NCBI GenBank assembly: GCA_050174015.1
Contig: JBFXKG010000004.1
Location: 1-64,000, forward strand
DNA length: 64,000 nt
Reading direction: 5' to 3'
DNA from: Candidatus Krumholzibacteriia bacterium
GTDB taxonomy: Bacteria > Krumholzibacteriota > Krumholzibacteriia > LZORAL124-64-63
The first letter of the stretch is position 1. Every line of letters begins with the position of its first letter. Position numbers and translations under genes: made by a program. The notes below the pieces were generated by a model. The model was not told the origin of the DNA, searched no databases, and worked only from the letters and a program-made list of their open reading frames with translations. Of this stretch, positions 9,882 through 19,877 are shown one piece after another.

Positions 9882-10277
9882 TCAGGCGCTGGGCGGCAGA
9901 TGCTTGCGGACCAGGTCGATCAGGGTGCGCGGGCTGACCGGCTTCTCCAGGAACTCGTCCACCGGCAGGAACTCCTGGTCGGTGGCCGGGTCGAAGGCGA
10001 ATCCGGTCTGGTCCGAGACCGCCGTCAGCATCAGGATGGGGATGTCCTTGGTCTCGCTGCCCTTGCGCAACTGATACGCCACCTGGAATCCCTCGTCAAT
10101 CGTTCCCATCATGACGTCCAGCAGGATCAGGTCCGGCTGGTCCTCCAGGGCCATCTCCAGGCCGCGCTTGCCGTTCTGGGCGTCGATGACCCTGTAGCCT
10201 TCGCTCTCGAGCGTCACCCTGATGACTTCGACCAGGTCGATGTCATCGTCGATGACCAGGATGGTCCTCTCAGTCAT
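9882..10277 (-). CDS. Single-domain response regulator
   Basis: ILVIDDD, LLDVMM, LTA, EKP; ATG overlaps protease stop. Confidence 0.92.
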   Translation of the reverse strand: MTERTILVIDDDIDLVEVIRVTLESEGYRVIDAQNGKRGLEMALEDQPDLILLDVMMGTIDEGFQVAYQLRKGSETKDIPILMLTAVSDQTGFAFDPATDQEFLPVDEFLEKPVSPRTLIDLVRKHLPPSA

Positions 10278-10722
10278 CGGACTGAACCTCCGCTTTGATG
10301 ATGGAAATGACACGGGGCACCGCGGCCGCCACGGCCGGCGAAAGACCCTGATTGATCTCGATCCTCTGGGGCTCCACCCCCACGATGAGCGTCCGCGGGG
10401 GCAGCTTGCCCAGCTGCCGGGCGATGTCGAAGGCCTCGGCGAGGCCGAAGCCGTGGACCGACAGGTGGTCCTTGCGGATGCGCAGCCGCACCTCGTCCAC
10501 GCCGAACGCGGCCACTTCGCCCGGCTCGAGTCCCATGTGGGCCGCATCGACCACGACGTTCACCGCGCCCTGCTCCAGGTGCTCCAGGAGCGCCAGGGCG
10601 TCGGTGTGGATGTCCACCAGCTCCGCCCCCGGCAGGACTCCTGCGGTGCGGATGGCGTCCAGCACCGCGGCGCCCACCCCGTCGTCGCCGTAGAAAGGAT
10701 TGCCTGCCGCGATCACCTTCAT
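10270..10722 (-). CDS. [NiFe]-hydrogenase maturation endopeptidase
   Basis: GNPFYGDDGVG, VVDA, SVH. Confidence 0.93.
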   Translation of the reverse strand: MKVIAAGNPFYGDDGVGAAVLDAIRTAGVLPGAELVDIHTDALALLEHLEQGAVNVVVDAAHMGLEPGEVAAFGVDEVRLRIRKDHLSVHGFGLAEAFDIARQLGKLPPRTLIVGVEPQRIEINQGLSPAVAAAVPRVISIIKAEVQSDD

Positions 10723-10728
10723 GGCCGC

Positions 10729-12033
10729 CTACTCGATGAAGTCCACCTCGAGCATGTGCACCGAGCAGGAGATGCACGGGTCGTAAGCCCGCACCAGCAT
10801 CTCCAGCCAGGACGTGATCTCCTCCTTGGGCCGGTCCACGATCTCCGGCACCAGCTTCTTCATGTCGTCGTCGATGTTCTCGAGGTTCTGGCCGGTCGGG
10901 ATGATGCAGTTGGCCGCGGTGACCCGGCCCTGCTTGTCGTAGGTGTACTCGTGGTAGAGGATCCCGCGCGGCACCTCGGTCGCGCCGATCCCGGTCCCGT
11001 AACGGGTCGGCTCCTGGTTGGGCGCCTCGTCCTTCAGCCCCGTCTGCAGAAGCCGATCGATGATGGCCACGCTGTCGACCGCGCAGTGGGCCGCCTCGAC
11101 CACCTGGGCGATGGTGTTCATGTACGGGTTGCAGCAGCCGGGCTTCAGCCCCAGCGTTTCCGCCGCTCCTGCGGCCAGGTCGCACAGCCGGTCGTGGTTG
11201 TTGTTCCACCGGGCCAGGGCGCCCACGAAGTAGCTGGAACGGTTGGCCTTGCAGTGCTTGCTGGTGCTGTGGGGAACGACGAACTCGTTGGTCATGCGCC
11301 GGTACTGCGAATCGGGCACCCGGCCGGTGTCGGTGCTGCAGATGTCGCCGTCGTACAGGGCGTAATCGTCGTCGCTGCGCAGGCTGATGAACTCGGTCGG
11401 GCGTTCGAACTGCGGGATCTCGCCGGCCAGCGCCTTCATCGTCTCCACCGTGGCGATCAGATCCGGCATCATCTGCTCTTCGAGCTTCCGCTTCAGCTCG
11501 GTGAGCTCCGCGACGGTGGGGATGCGCGTGAATCCGCCCGGCACGGGGGTGATGGGGTGCACGGCCCGCCCGCTGACCACGTCGCCGATGTCGTTGGCCA
11601 GCTTCTTCATCCGCAGGGCCCGCAGCACGACCTCGGGGTGGGTGGCCACCAGGGGGAACACCGAGCCGACCTTGAGGAAGTCCGGCGCCGCCAGGAAGTA
11701 GGCGTGCAGCACGTTCGACTGCATGGTCGCCCCGTGGATGAGCAGCTTGCGCAGCAGCACGGTCTGCTCGCTGACCTCCAGGCCCAGAGCCTGCTCGGTG
11801 GCCTTCAGCGAAGTGATCTGGTGCCCGAGGGAACAGATCCCGCAGATGCGCGAGGTGATGATGGCCGCCTCGTGGAAGCTGCGCCCCTTGAGCATGGCCT
11901 CGAAGTAGCGCGGAGCCTCGACGATCTCCAGCTGGGCCTTCTCCAGGCGGCCTTCCTTCATGTTGACCACGATGTTGCCGTGGCCTTCGACCCGGGTCAG
12001 GTGCTCGACGTTGATGTCCAGGTTGCGGGTCAT
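10729..12033 (-). CDS. hyhL: Group 3b [NiFe]-hydrogenase large (alpha) subunit
   Basis: TRVEGHG, L1 RICGIC, L2 DPCISCSVH plus cleavable tail. Confidence 0.95.
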   Translation of the reverse strand: MTRNLDINVEHLTRVEGHGNIVVNMKEGRLEKAQLEIVEAPRYFEAMLKGRSFHEAAIITSRICGICSLGHQITSLKATEQALGLEVSEQTVLLRKLLIHGATMQSNVLHAYFLAAPDFLKVGSVFPLVATHPEVVLRALRMKKLANDIGDVVSGRAVHPITPVPGGFTRIPTVAELTELKRKLEEQMMPDLIATVETMKALAGEIPQFERPTEFISLRSDDDYALYDGDICSTDTGRVPDSQYRRMTNEFVVPHSTSKHCKANRSSYFVGALARWNNNHDRLCDLAAGAAETLGLKPGCCNPYMNTIAQVVEAAHCAVDSVAIIDRLLQTGLKDEAPNQEPTRYGTGIGATEVPRGILYHEYTYDKQGRVTAANCIIPTGQNLENIDDDMKKLVPEIVDRPKEEITSWLEMLVRAYDPCISCSVHMLEVDFIE

Positions 12034-12779
12034 GACCTCACCCCCTCCAGTTCGACGGCGTTGTAGAGCTGCAGCCGCTTCCAGGCTTCCTGCACGGAAA
12101 GGCCGTGTTCGACCAGGATCTCCTTCATGCCTTCCAGGTTGGGCTCTGGCACCAGGCCCCGGCAGCCGGTGCAGTACTGGCCGAAGGTGGGGCAGTGGGC
12201 GTCGCACCCGGCCCGGGTCACCGGTCCCAGGCAGATCATGCCCTTGGCGAACACGCACTCGTTCTCCTTGAGCTTGCACTCGGTGCAGACCGAGCTGGTG
12301 GGCTCGATGGGTTCCTTGCCCATGACCAGGGCGGTGAAGACCTTCAGGAACTCGATCTGGGTCATCGGGCAGCCCCGGACCTCGTAGTCCACCTTGACCA
12401 CGGCCTTCAGCGGCAGGGCGGGCAGGGTCGGGAACAGGTACTTGTCCTCTCCGTAGACTTCCTCGCGCACCTGCTCGATGGGACGGATGTTCTTCATCCC
12501 GTTGATCCCGCCCTGCACCGCACAGGCTCCCACGGCGACCAGGATCCTGGCCCGGCGCCTGATCTCGTGGATGCGCTTGATGCAGTCGGGGGTTGACAGG
12601 GAGCCCTCGACGAAGGCGATGTCGTACTCGCCGGGACGATCGTCCATGGCTTCGCGCCATTCCACGATGTCCACGTGGGCCAGGATGTCCAGCAGCTGGT
12701 CCTCGAAGTTCAGCTGGTTGAGCTCGCAGCCCTCGCAGCCGGTGAAATCGAAAATTCCCACGCGCGGTTTCTGGGCCAT
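12030..12779 (-). CDS. hyhS: Group 3b [NiFe]-hydrogenase small (delta) subunit
   Basis: TGCEGC, VGACA, RGCP, CTECK, CLGPVT..C..CP..CTGCRG. Confidence 0.93.
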   Translation of the reverse strand: MAQKPRVGIFDFTGCEGCELNQLNFEDQLLDILAHVDIVEWREAMDDRPGEYDIAFVEGSLSTPDCIKRIHEIRRRARILVAVGACAVQGGINGMKNIRPIEQVREEVYGEDKYLFPTLPALPLKAVVKVDYEVRGCPMTQIEFLKVFTALVMGKEPIEPTSSVCTECKLKENECVFAKGMICLGPVTRAGCDAHCPTFGQYCTGCRGLVPEPNLEGMKEILVEHGLSVQEAWKRLQLYNAVELEGVRS

Positions 12780-13630
12780 CACAGCGCCTCCTGCAGGGTC
12801 TTGATGTCGGGATAATGGTACACCGGGCCGTCCTGGCAGACGTACGAACCGTTGATCTGGCAGTGGCCGCACTTGCCCACGCCGCACTTCATGCGCCGCT
12901 CCAGCGACATGTAGATGTTCCGGTCGGCCAGGCCGCGGGACTTCAAGGCCAGCAGGACGAACCGGTACATGACCGGAGGCCCGCAGATGCAGCAGACGGT
13001 GTTGGGCAGGTCCAGGTCCAGGCCGGGGATCAGGGTGGTGATCACGCCGGTGTTCCCCTTCCAGGCGGGCGAACCCTGGTCGACGGTGACGTGGTACTCG
13101 GTCCGCTTCTCCCGCTCCCACTGCTCCAGCTCGTCCGTGAACAGGAGCTCGCGGTCGCTGCGGCTGCCGTAGCAGATGATCAGCCGGCCGAAGTCGTCCC
13201 TGCGGTCGCGGACGTAGTTGATCATCGAGCGCATGGGGACCAGGCCGATGCCGCCGGCGACGATGAGCACGTCCTTGCCCTGGAACTTCTCCACGTCGAT
13301 GCCGTTGCCGAAGGGACCCCGGATGCCGATCTTCGTGCCCGCTTCCAGCTCCGCCAGCTTCTCGGTGAGCAGCCCCACCTTGCGGATGCCCAGTTCGAAC
13401 ACCCCCTTGCGCGTGGGCGATGAGGAGATGGAGAAGGGGGCCTCGCCGATCCCGAACATGGATACCTCGACGAACTGGCCGGGGCGGTGCCCCAGGTCCC
13501 TGCCGTCCGGCAACTCCACCGTGTAGAGGGTCTCCAGGTCGGTCAAGCGCCTTGTTTCCTTGATTTCCGCCATCACCGGGAGGTAGAGATCCTCCATCTC
13601 GGCGCGGGGGGAAAGCTGGTTCAGATTCAT
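12779..13630 (-). CDS. hyhG: Group 3b hydrogenase gamma subunit (FAD/NAD(P), 2Fe-2S)
   Basis: PGQF, RGPFG, AGGIG, CGPPVM, MKCGVGKCGHC..C. Confidence 0.93.
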   Translation of the reverse strand: MNLNQLSPRAEMEDLYLPVMAEIKETRRLTDLETLYTVELPDGRDLGHRPGQFVEVSMFGIGEAPFSISSSPTRKGVFELGIRKVGLLTEKLAELEAGTKIGIRGPFGNGIDVEKFQGKDVLIVAGGIGLVPMRSMINYVRDRRDDFGRLIICYGSRSDRELLFTDELEQWEREKRTEYHVTVDQGSPAWKGNTGVITTLIPGLDLDLPNTVCCICGPPVMYRFVLLALKSRGLADRNIYMSLERRMKCGVGKCGHCQINGSYVCQDGPVYHYPDIKTLQEAL

Positions 13631-13677
13631 GACAACACTCCTGCACTGGGGGACGGCTCCGCGCCGCCCCGCCGCCC

Positions 13678-14703
13678 CTACCTGATGGCTGACACCGTCG
13701 ATTTCTCGTAGTCGGAGACGCAACGGTTCACGATGTTGACGATGCTGATGCCGGCGGTGCAGTAGGACGTGCAGCGCCCGCAGCCCACGCACCACGGCTG
13801 GCCGGTCTTCTCGCTGATGTACTTGAACTTCCGCATGACCCGGTGGCGCTGGCGCGCCGCGAGCGTCTCCCTGAACACCTCGCCCCCGGCCACCTCGCTG
13901 AAGTCGCGCAGCATGCAGCCGTCCCAGTGGCGGTCCCGGCTGCCCTTGGTGACGGTGATGTCGACGTTCTCCTCGACGTTGAAGCAGTAGCAGGTCGGAC
14001 AGACGAGGTTGCAGGTGCCGCAGCCGACGCACTTGGCCGCCGTCTCTTCCCAGACGGGATTGTTGTAGCTGGCGCTCATGACCTCGTTGAGTCGGTCCTG
14101 AGGCACGTAGATGTGCTGGTGGAAGTGCTTCTTGGCGGGCTTGCCGGCCTCGTGGGCGGGCAGGTCGAATCCCTCCATCAGGGACTCGCCGGCGGGGGTG
14201 AGCACCTCCAGGACGTAGCCGTCCAGCAGCCTGGTCAGGAAGATGTCGAAACCCTCGGTGTCGTAGGGGTCGATGCCCACCGAACCTGCGAAGTGGAACT
14301 CGTCCGGCTCGTAGGACACCCCGATCCACAGGGCTCCCTGACGGCGGGTCAGGTAGTTCCGTTCGGCGCGGCCCTCGCGGAAGTTGTGGTCGAGCCGGCC
14401 CACCGCCGCCAGGTCGTAGGAATGGACTCCCAGGAAGACCGCATCCGTGGGGGTGACCTCTCCGGCCTTGCAGGTGTTGTCCCCGAGGTCGTAGCTGAGC
14501 AGCTGCTCCCGGGGAGGCAGGAAGAACTTCTTGACCGATTGCAGGACGCGCGGGTAGTCGAGGACCACCTCGGCGGCGTCCCGGGTCCGCTCGAAGGAAT
14601 AGGATTTCCTCCCCTTGCGGTGCGGAGCGAAGACCGGCTTGCGCGTCATCAGGTGCGTCACGAACTCCGCGACCCGATCGCTCTCCAGGAAGAATTGCAC
14701 CAT
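13678..14703 (-). CDS. hyhB: Group 3b hydrogenase beta subunit (AsrA-like 4Fe-4S)
   Basis: CVGCGTCNLVCPTCYCF, CVGCGRCTSYC. Confidence 0.92.
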   Translation of the reverse strand: MVQFFLESDRVAEFVTHLMTRKPVFAPHRKGRKSYSFERTRDAAEVVLDYPRVLQSVKKFFLPPREQLLSYDLGDNTCKAGEVTPTDAVFLGVHSYDLAAVGRLDHNFREGRAERNYLTRRQGALWIGVSYEPDEFHFAGSVGIDPYDTEGFDIFLTRLLDGYVLEVLTPAGESLMEGFDLPAHEAGKPAKKHFHQHIYVPQDRLNEVMSASYNNPVWEETAAKCVGCGTCNLVCPTCYCFNVEENVDITVTKGSRDRHWDGCMLRDFSEVAGGEVFRETLAARQRHRVMRKFKYISEKTGQPWCVGCGRCTSYCTAGISIVNIVNRCVSDYEKSTVSAIR

Positions 14704-14829
14704 GAGTCCACCCCTCGTGCGGGGGCCTGGGCCCCCATCCTGTGCTGTCGTTCGAGAGTCTTGCCCGGGATCCGCCCGGTTTCCCCGACCGGATTGCCCC
14801 AGGATTTAACAATGCATCTTCATCACCAA

Positions 14830-14847
14830 ATGTTTTTTTTGTAACAA
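14830..14847. promoter_or_regulatory. Degenerate Rex-like box just downstream of a minus-strand TTGACA (14852..14857)
   Basis: ATGTTTTTTTTGTAACAA vs TTGTTAAnnnnTTAACAA. Confidence 0.45.
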
Positions 14848-14940
14848 TAAATGTCAAGAAATAAACATCATAAATTCGCCGACCGGGAATGCTGGGAATT
14901 CACGGCATTTCTCCTTTTGTTTTCTTGTATTCGGCCACTT

Positions 14941-14958
14941 ATGTTATCATTTTAACAT
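14941..14958. promoter_or_regulatory. Rex-like operator
   Basis: 18-bp palindrome ATGTTA-TCATTT-TAACAT upstream of hydE. Confidence 0.65.
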
Positions 14959-14983
14959 AAAAGTCACCCGGGAGACCACCAGC

Positions 14984-16078
14984 ATGGGCCGCATCCCCCA
15001 TCCGTTTCGCCACACAGACAAGTCATTGTCCCACAGCGACCTTGTTCACTTGCTGGTGCTGGGCGATCCCCTGGCCACCCGCCGCCTTCTGGACGCGGCC
15101 TACTGGACGAAAAGCCAGACCGTCGGCCGGACCGTCTACCTGCGGGGATTGATCGAGATCAGCAACATCTGCCGCCGCAACTGCTTCTATTGCGGCATCC
15201 GGCGCGACAACCCCTCCGTCAACCGTTACCAGCTCACCCAGGACCAGATCCTCGACGCCGCCCGCCTGGCCCACGCCTCCGGGTTCGGCTCCATCGTCCT
15301 GCAGGGGGGAGAGCGGACCGACGCGGCCTTCGTGGACTTCATCGCCCGGACCCTGACCCGCATCCGCCAGGAGACCGACCGCCGGCTGGGCATCACCCTG
15401 TCCCTGGGCGAACAGAGCGCCGACACCTACGGTACCTGGTTCCGGCACGGGGCCGACCGCTACCTGCTGAGGCTGGAGACGACCAACCCCCAGCTTTTCC
15501 GCAACTTCCATCCGGACGACCAGGTCTACGCCAACCGCCTGGAATGTCTGGCCCACCTGCGCCGGATCGGGTACCAGGTCGGCACCGGCGTGATGGTCGG
15601 CCTGCCGGGACAGACCCCCGACGACCTGGCCGACGACATCCTGTTCTTCAAGGAGCACGACATCGACATGGTGGGCATGGGTCCGTTCATCCCCCATCCG
15701 GACACCGTGTACGCCCCCCTGATCCCGGGGTTCGACCGCCGGCGGCAGCTGCAGCTGAGCCTGAGGATGATCGCACTGACGAGGCTGGTCCTGCCGGACG
15801 TCAACATCGCAGCCACCACCGCCCTGCAGGCCCTCGACCCGGAGGGCCGGGAGCTCGGCCTGAAGGCCGGCGCCAACGTCGTGATGCCCAACCTCACCGA
15901 CGCCGCCCACCGCGGGGACTACCTGCTCTATCCCGGAAAACCCCAGCTGGACGAGGCCTCGCCGGAGGGTCAGGCCGACCTGCGGGAAACCATCGGGATG
16001 CTGGGTGAACAGATCGGATTCGGACTGCGGGGAGACCCGCTGCACTTCAGCCGCCGCCCGCGCTCGGGCCGGGCCTGA
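14984..16078 (+). CDS. hydE: [FeFe]-hydrogenase maturase HydE (radical SAM)
   Basis: CRRNCFYC, GANVVMPN, YLLYPGK. Confidence 0.92.
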   Translation: MGRIPHPFRHTDKSLSHSDLVHLLVLGDPLATRRLLDAAYWTKSQTVGRTVYLRGLIEISNICRRNCFYCGIRRDNPSVNRYQLTQDQILDAARLAHASGFGSIVLQGGERTDAAFVDFIARTLTRIRQETDRRLGITLSLGEQSADTYGTWFRHGADRYLLRLETTNPQLFRNFHPDDQVYANRLECLAHLRRIGYQVGTGVMVGLPGQTPDDLADDILFFKEHDIDMVGMGPFIPHPDTVYAPLIPGFDRRRQLQLSLRMIALTRLVLPDVNIAATTALQALDPEGRELGLKAGANVVMPNLTDAAHRGDYLLYPGKPQLDEASPEGQADLRETIGMLGEQIGFGLRGDPLHFSRRPRSGRA

Positions 16079-17300
16079 TTCCCGCCGGGACCTCGAATTC
16101 CGCAAAAGGCTCAAGGACCCTGGCCAGGACGCCGTGACACAGGGCGATGACCAGCCCGTAGTTCGTCACCGGGACCCCGGCGAGCCGGCACCGTTCCAGC
16201 CGCGTGCGCACCTCGCGGCGGTTGAGGGTGCAGCCGCCGCAGTGGATCACCAGGTCGTACCCGGCCAGATCCGCGGGGAAGTCGTGGCCCTGGACGGTCG
16301 TGAACTCCAGGGGGGCGCCCACGTGGGCGGTCAACCAGCGGGGAATCTTCTCTCGCCCGATGTCGTCCTCGACCGGGTGATGAGTGCAGGCCTCGGCCAC
16401 CAGGATCCGGGCGCCCGGTCCGAGCCGGGCCGCAGCCAAGGCGCCCTCGGCCTGCAGACGCAGGTCACCGCGGAACCGGGCCATCAGGACCGAGAACCCG
16501 GTCAAGGGAACCGCGGCCGGCACGAGGGGGGCGACCTGGGCCAAGGCCTGGCTGTCGGTCACCACCAGGGCCGGCGGTTCGCGCAACGAGGCGAGAGCCG
16601 CCGCCAGACCGGTCCCCTTGACCACCAGGCAGGCCGCATCCCCGTCCAGCAGGTCGCGGATGGCCTGGACCTGGGGCATGATCAGGCGGCCCACCGGCGC
16701 CTCCTCGTCCACGGGAACGACCAGGACGGCCGTCCCCCCAGCCGGCACCAGGTCGCGGACCAGGGGAGGCCCCGTCTCGCCTCCCGTCTGCAGGCCGGCG
16801 ACGATCGCCGCGCGGAGGTCGTCCAGCCCCGCCCCGGTCACCGCCGAGGCGGCCACCGCCGTTGCCCCGCACGCACGCACGGCGTCCAGCAGGTCCGCCT
16901 TCGCCGGCACGAGATCGCTGCGGTTGAAGACCACCACCACCGGGACCCGGCGGTCCTGCATCTCGGCCAGCATGCCCCGTTCCTCGTCGCCCCAGCCGTC
17001 CGCCCCGGCCACCAGCAGGGCCAGGTCCAGCCGGTCCAGCATCCGCCGGGTGCGTTCGGCGCGCAGGCCGCCGACGACGCCCACGTCGTCGAACCCCGCG
17101 GTGTCGATGAACACCACCGGCCCCACGGGCTGCAGTTCCATGGGCTTGACCACCGGGTCGGTGGTCGTGCCGGGAGTTTCCGAGACGATGGCCACGTCCT
17201 GGCGCACCAGGGCGTTCACCAGGCTGCTCTTGCCGACGTTGCGCCGGCCGAGGATCCCGATGTGGGCTCGGTCGCCCCGCAGGGCCGCGGTTCCGTTCAT
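16047..17300 (-). CDS. hydF: [FeFe]-hydrogenase maturase GTPase HydF
   Basis: GRRNVGKSS, DTAG, EACTHH, HCGGC. Confidence 0.95.
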   Translation of the reverse strand: MNGTAALRGDRAHIGILGRRNVGKSSLVNALVRQDVAIVSETPGTTTDPVVKPMELQPVGPVVFIDTAGFDDVGVVGGLRAERTRRMLDRLDLALLVAGADGWGDEERGMLAEMQDRRVPVVVVFNRSDLVPAKADLLDAVRACGATAVAASAVTGAGLDDLRAAIVAGLQTGGETGPPLVRDLVPAGGTAVLVVPVDEEAPVGRLIMPQVQAIRDLLDGDAACLVVKGTGLAAALASLREPPALVVTDSQALAQVAPLVPAAVPLTGFSVLMARFRGDLRLQAEGALAAARLGPGARILVAEACTHHPVEDDIGREKIPRWLTAHVGAPLEFTTVQGHDFPADLAGYDLVIHCGGCTLNRREVRTRLERCRLAGVPVTNYGLVIALCHGVLARVLEPFAEFEVPAGIRPGPSAGGG

Positions 17301-17328
17301 GACGTCCCTTTCGCCGGGGCCGCGGCCG

Positions 17329-18720
17329 TCAGCAGAACACGTCCCGGCGCCCGGTCCGGACCGCTGCCAGCATGGACTCGGCCCGTCGCCGGGGTTCGCC
17401 TTCCAGTTCGGCCAGAACCGCCTCGATGCGCTCCAGCCCCTCCCGCCGGGTCTCCGGCGAGGCGTGATCCAGGAGATATTCCAGGAAGCTGCTCAGCCCG
17501 TTGGGGTCGCAATGGTTCTTGATCTCGCCAGGCTTGGCCAGATCCATGAAGTCGGCGCCGGTGCGTCCCAGGCGGTAGCAACCGGTGCAGAACGAGGGGA
17601 TGAAGCCAAGGGCCGCAACGTCCCGGACGACCTCGTCCAGGGGCCGGTGGTCGCCCAGGCTGAACTGTTCGGCCGCATGGGCCTCGGGATGGGCGTAGGC
17701 GCCCGGGCTGGTGCGGCTCCCTGCGGAGATCTGGGAGACGCCGAGGGCGAAGGTCTCCCGGCGGATGGCCGCCGATTCCCGGGTGGACATGATGATGCCC
17801 GTGTAGGGCACGGCCAGGCGCAGGATGGCCACGATGCGCCGGAAGTCGCGGTCGCCCACCGGATGGGGCGGATGGGCGGCCAGGGGCGACCCCTCCGCCG
17901 GTTCCAGCCGCGGGACGCTGATGGTGTGGGGTCCCACGCCGAACCGCCGTTCCAGGTGGGCGACGTGCTGAAGCAGGGCCAGCAGTTCGAAGCGCCAGTC
18001 GGCCAGCCCGAACAGCACGCCCACGCCCACGTCGTCGACGCCCGCGGCGAAGGCCCGGTCCATGGCGCCCAGTCGCCAGTCGAAGTCCATCTTGCGTCCG
18101 GCGCGATGGACCGCGTGGTAGGTCTCCCGGTGGTAGGTCTCCTGGAAGACCTGGTAGGTGCCGATGCCCCGCTCCTTCAGGAGGCGGAACTGGTCGGTCT
18201 CCAGGGGCGCCACGTTGACGTTGACCCGCCGGATCTCCCCGCCCGGGCACCGGACCCCGTAGATGGTGTCGATGGCGTCCAGGACGTAGCCGAAATCGTG
18301 ACGGGGATAGGCCTCGCCCGCCACCAGCAGGACGCGCTTGTGGCCCTCGGCCACGAGGGCGGTCGTCTCCTCGGCGATCTCCGCCATCGTCAGGGCCTTG
18401 CGCACCACCCCGCGGTTGCTGGATCGGAAGGCGCAGTAGGCGCAGTCGTTGGCACAGAGGTTCGAGACGTACAGGGGGGTGAACAGCACCAGACGCTTGC
18501 CGTAGATGGTCTCCTTGACGGTGCGGGCGGCCGTGAAGATCTCCTCCAGCAGATCGGGGTCCTCCACCCTGCCCATGGCGGCGACCGCGGCGGCGTCCAG
18601 GCCCCCCAGCCCCAGGGCCCGGGCCAGGATCCCGCGCACCTGCGCGGCATCCGGCGCCGGGGCGCCGAGGGCCTCCGCGATGGAGGTCTCGTCGATTCTC
18701 GGTTTGGTGGACGTGGTCAT
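17329..18720 (-). CDS. hydG: [FeFe]-hydrogenase maturase HydG
   Basis: CANDCAYC, SFCTGCYR...C auxiliary cluster motif. Confidence 0.95.
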   Translation of the reverse strand: MTTSTKPRIDETSIAEALGAPAPDAAQVRGILARALGLGGLDAAAVAAMGRVEDPDLLEEIFTAARTVKETIYGKRLVLFTPLYVSNLCANDCAYCAFRSSNRGVVRKALTMAEIAEETTALVAEGHKRVLLVAGEAYPRHDFGYVLDAIDTIYGVRCPGGEIRRVNVNVAPLETDQFRLLKERGIGTYQVFQETYHRETYHAVHRAGRKMDFDWRLGAMDRAFAAGVDDVGVGVLFGLADWRFELLALLQHVAHLERRFGVGPHTISVPRLEPAEGSPLAAHPPHPVGDRDFRRIVAILRLAVPYTGIIMSTRESAAIRRETFALGVSQISAGSRTSPGAYAHPEAHAAEQFSLGDHRPLDEVVRDVAALGFIPSFCTGCYRLGRTGADFMDLAKPGEIKNHCDPNGLSSFLEYLLDHASPETRREGLERIEAVLAELEGEPRRRAESMLAAVRTGRRDVFC

Positions 18721-19877
18721 GGCTTACTCCCGCCGGAACCCCCCGCCTCCCGGGCGAGGGTGACGGTGAAGGTGGTTCCCTCGTCGGGAACGCTGGCCAC
18801 GGTCACGTCCCCGCCGCAGAGCCGGGCCAGGCGGCGCACGATGCTCAGACCCAGGCCGCTGCCGCTGATGCCGCCGGTCTTCTCGTTCCTGATCCTGACG
18901 AATTCGCCGAACAGCCTCGCCGTTTCCTCGGCGCTCATCCCGATGCCCGTGTCGCCGACCGCGATCCCGAGGCGGTCCGGCTCGCCCCCGTCGACCCGGA
19001 CGGTGACGGTTCCACCGTCCCGGTTGTACTTCACGGCGTTGGACACCAGGTTGTTCAGGATGATCTCCAGCTCCCCGGCGTCCGCGTGCATCAGGGTGTT
19101 CCCGTTCAGGACGGTCTTCAGCTCGATGCCGCGCCTTGCGGCCTCCGGCGTGAAGGTCTCGATCACCCGGGCCACGACCACGGCCACATCGACGGGGCCG
19201 AGCTGCCTCTGCCTGGTCCCCGATTCGATGCGGGTCAGGTCGAGCAGGTCGAAGATCAGCTTGCGCATGCCGCCGATGCGCTCCCGGCACCGCCCCACGA
19301 CCGAGGCGGTCTTCTCGGGGTCCTGGGCAAGGATCCCGTCCTCCAGCAGCATCAGGTAGCCCTCGACCGCCCCCAGGGGAGCCTTCAGCTCGTGGGCCAG
19401 GACCGAGAGGAACTCGAACCGGACCTGCCGCCGCTCCTTCGCCAGGCGGCGCGCTTCGCGGTCGGACACCACGTGCCGCGACGCTTTCTCCAGGACGTCC
19501 TCCAGCTCGTCGGGCGTGAACGGCTTGGCCAGGAAGTCGAAGGCGCCCTGCTTGGTGGCCCGCACCGCCATGTCCAGAGAGGCGTAGGCGGTGATCATGA
19601 CGGTCAGGGGGGCGCCTTCACTGCCGCGCAGATCCTCCAGGATCTCCATGCCCAGCCGGCCCGGCATGGAGTGGTCCAGCAGCAGGATGTCGAACCGCTC
19701 CGCGTCCAGCATCCGGCGCGCCTCATCGCCGTCGGCGGCCAGTTCCACCGCGAAGGTGAAGTCCTCCCCGTAGCCCTCGACCGGGACCCGCATGCCGTCC
19801 AGGGCGCGGCGCACCCCCAGGCGGATGCCCGCCTCGTCGTCGGCGACCAGGACCCGCAGGACGTTGGGCTCAGCCAT
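18717..19877 (-). CDS. Hybrid receiver-histidine kinase
   Basis: VADDE..LLDHSMP receiver; LAHELKAP, NAVKYN, GSGLGL. Confidence 0.92.
   Translation of the reverse strand: MAEPNVLRVLVADDEAGIRLGVRRALDGMRVPVEGYGEDFTFAVELAADGDEARRMLDAERFDILLLDHSMPGRLGMEILEDLRGSEGAPLTVMITAYASLDMAVRATKQGAFDFLAKPFTPDELEDVLEKASRHVVSDREARRLAKERRQVRFEFLSVLAHELKAPLGAVEGYLMLLEDGILAQDPEKTASVVGRCRERIGGMRKLIFDLLDLTRIESGTRQRQLGPVDVAVVVARVIETFTPEAARRGIELKTVLNGNTLMHADAGELEIILNNLVSNAVKYNRDGGTVTVRVDGGEPDRLGIAVGDTGIGMSAEETARLFGEFVRIRNEKTGGISGSGLGLSIVRRLARLCGGDVTVASVPDEGTTFTVTLAREAGGSGGSKP

Noticed and set aside
10729..12033. [NiFeSe] hydrogenase
   Set aside because: L2 motif is DPCISC with Cys codons; no in-frame TGA.
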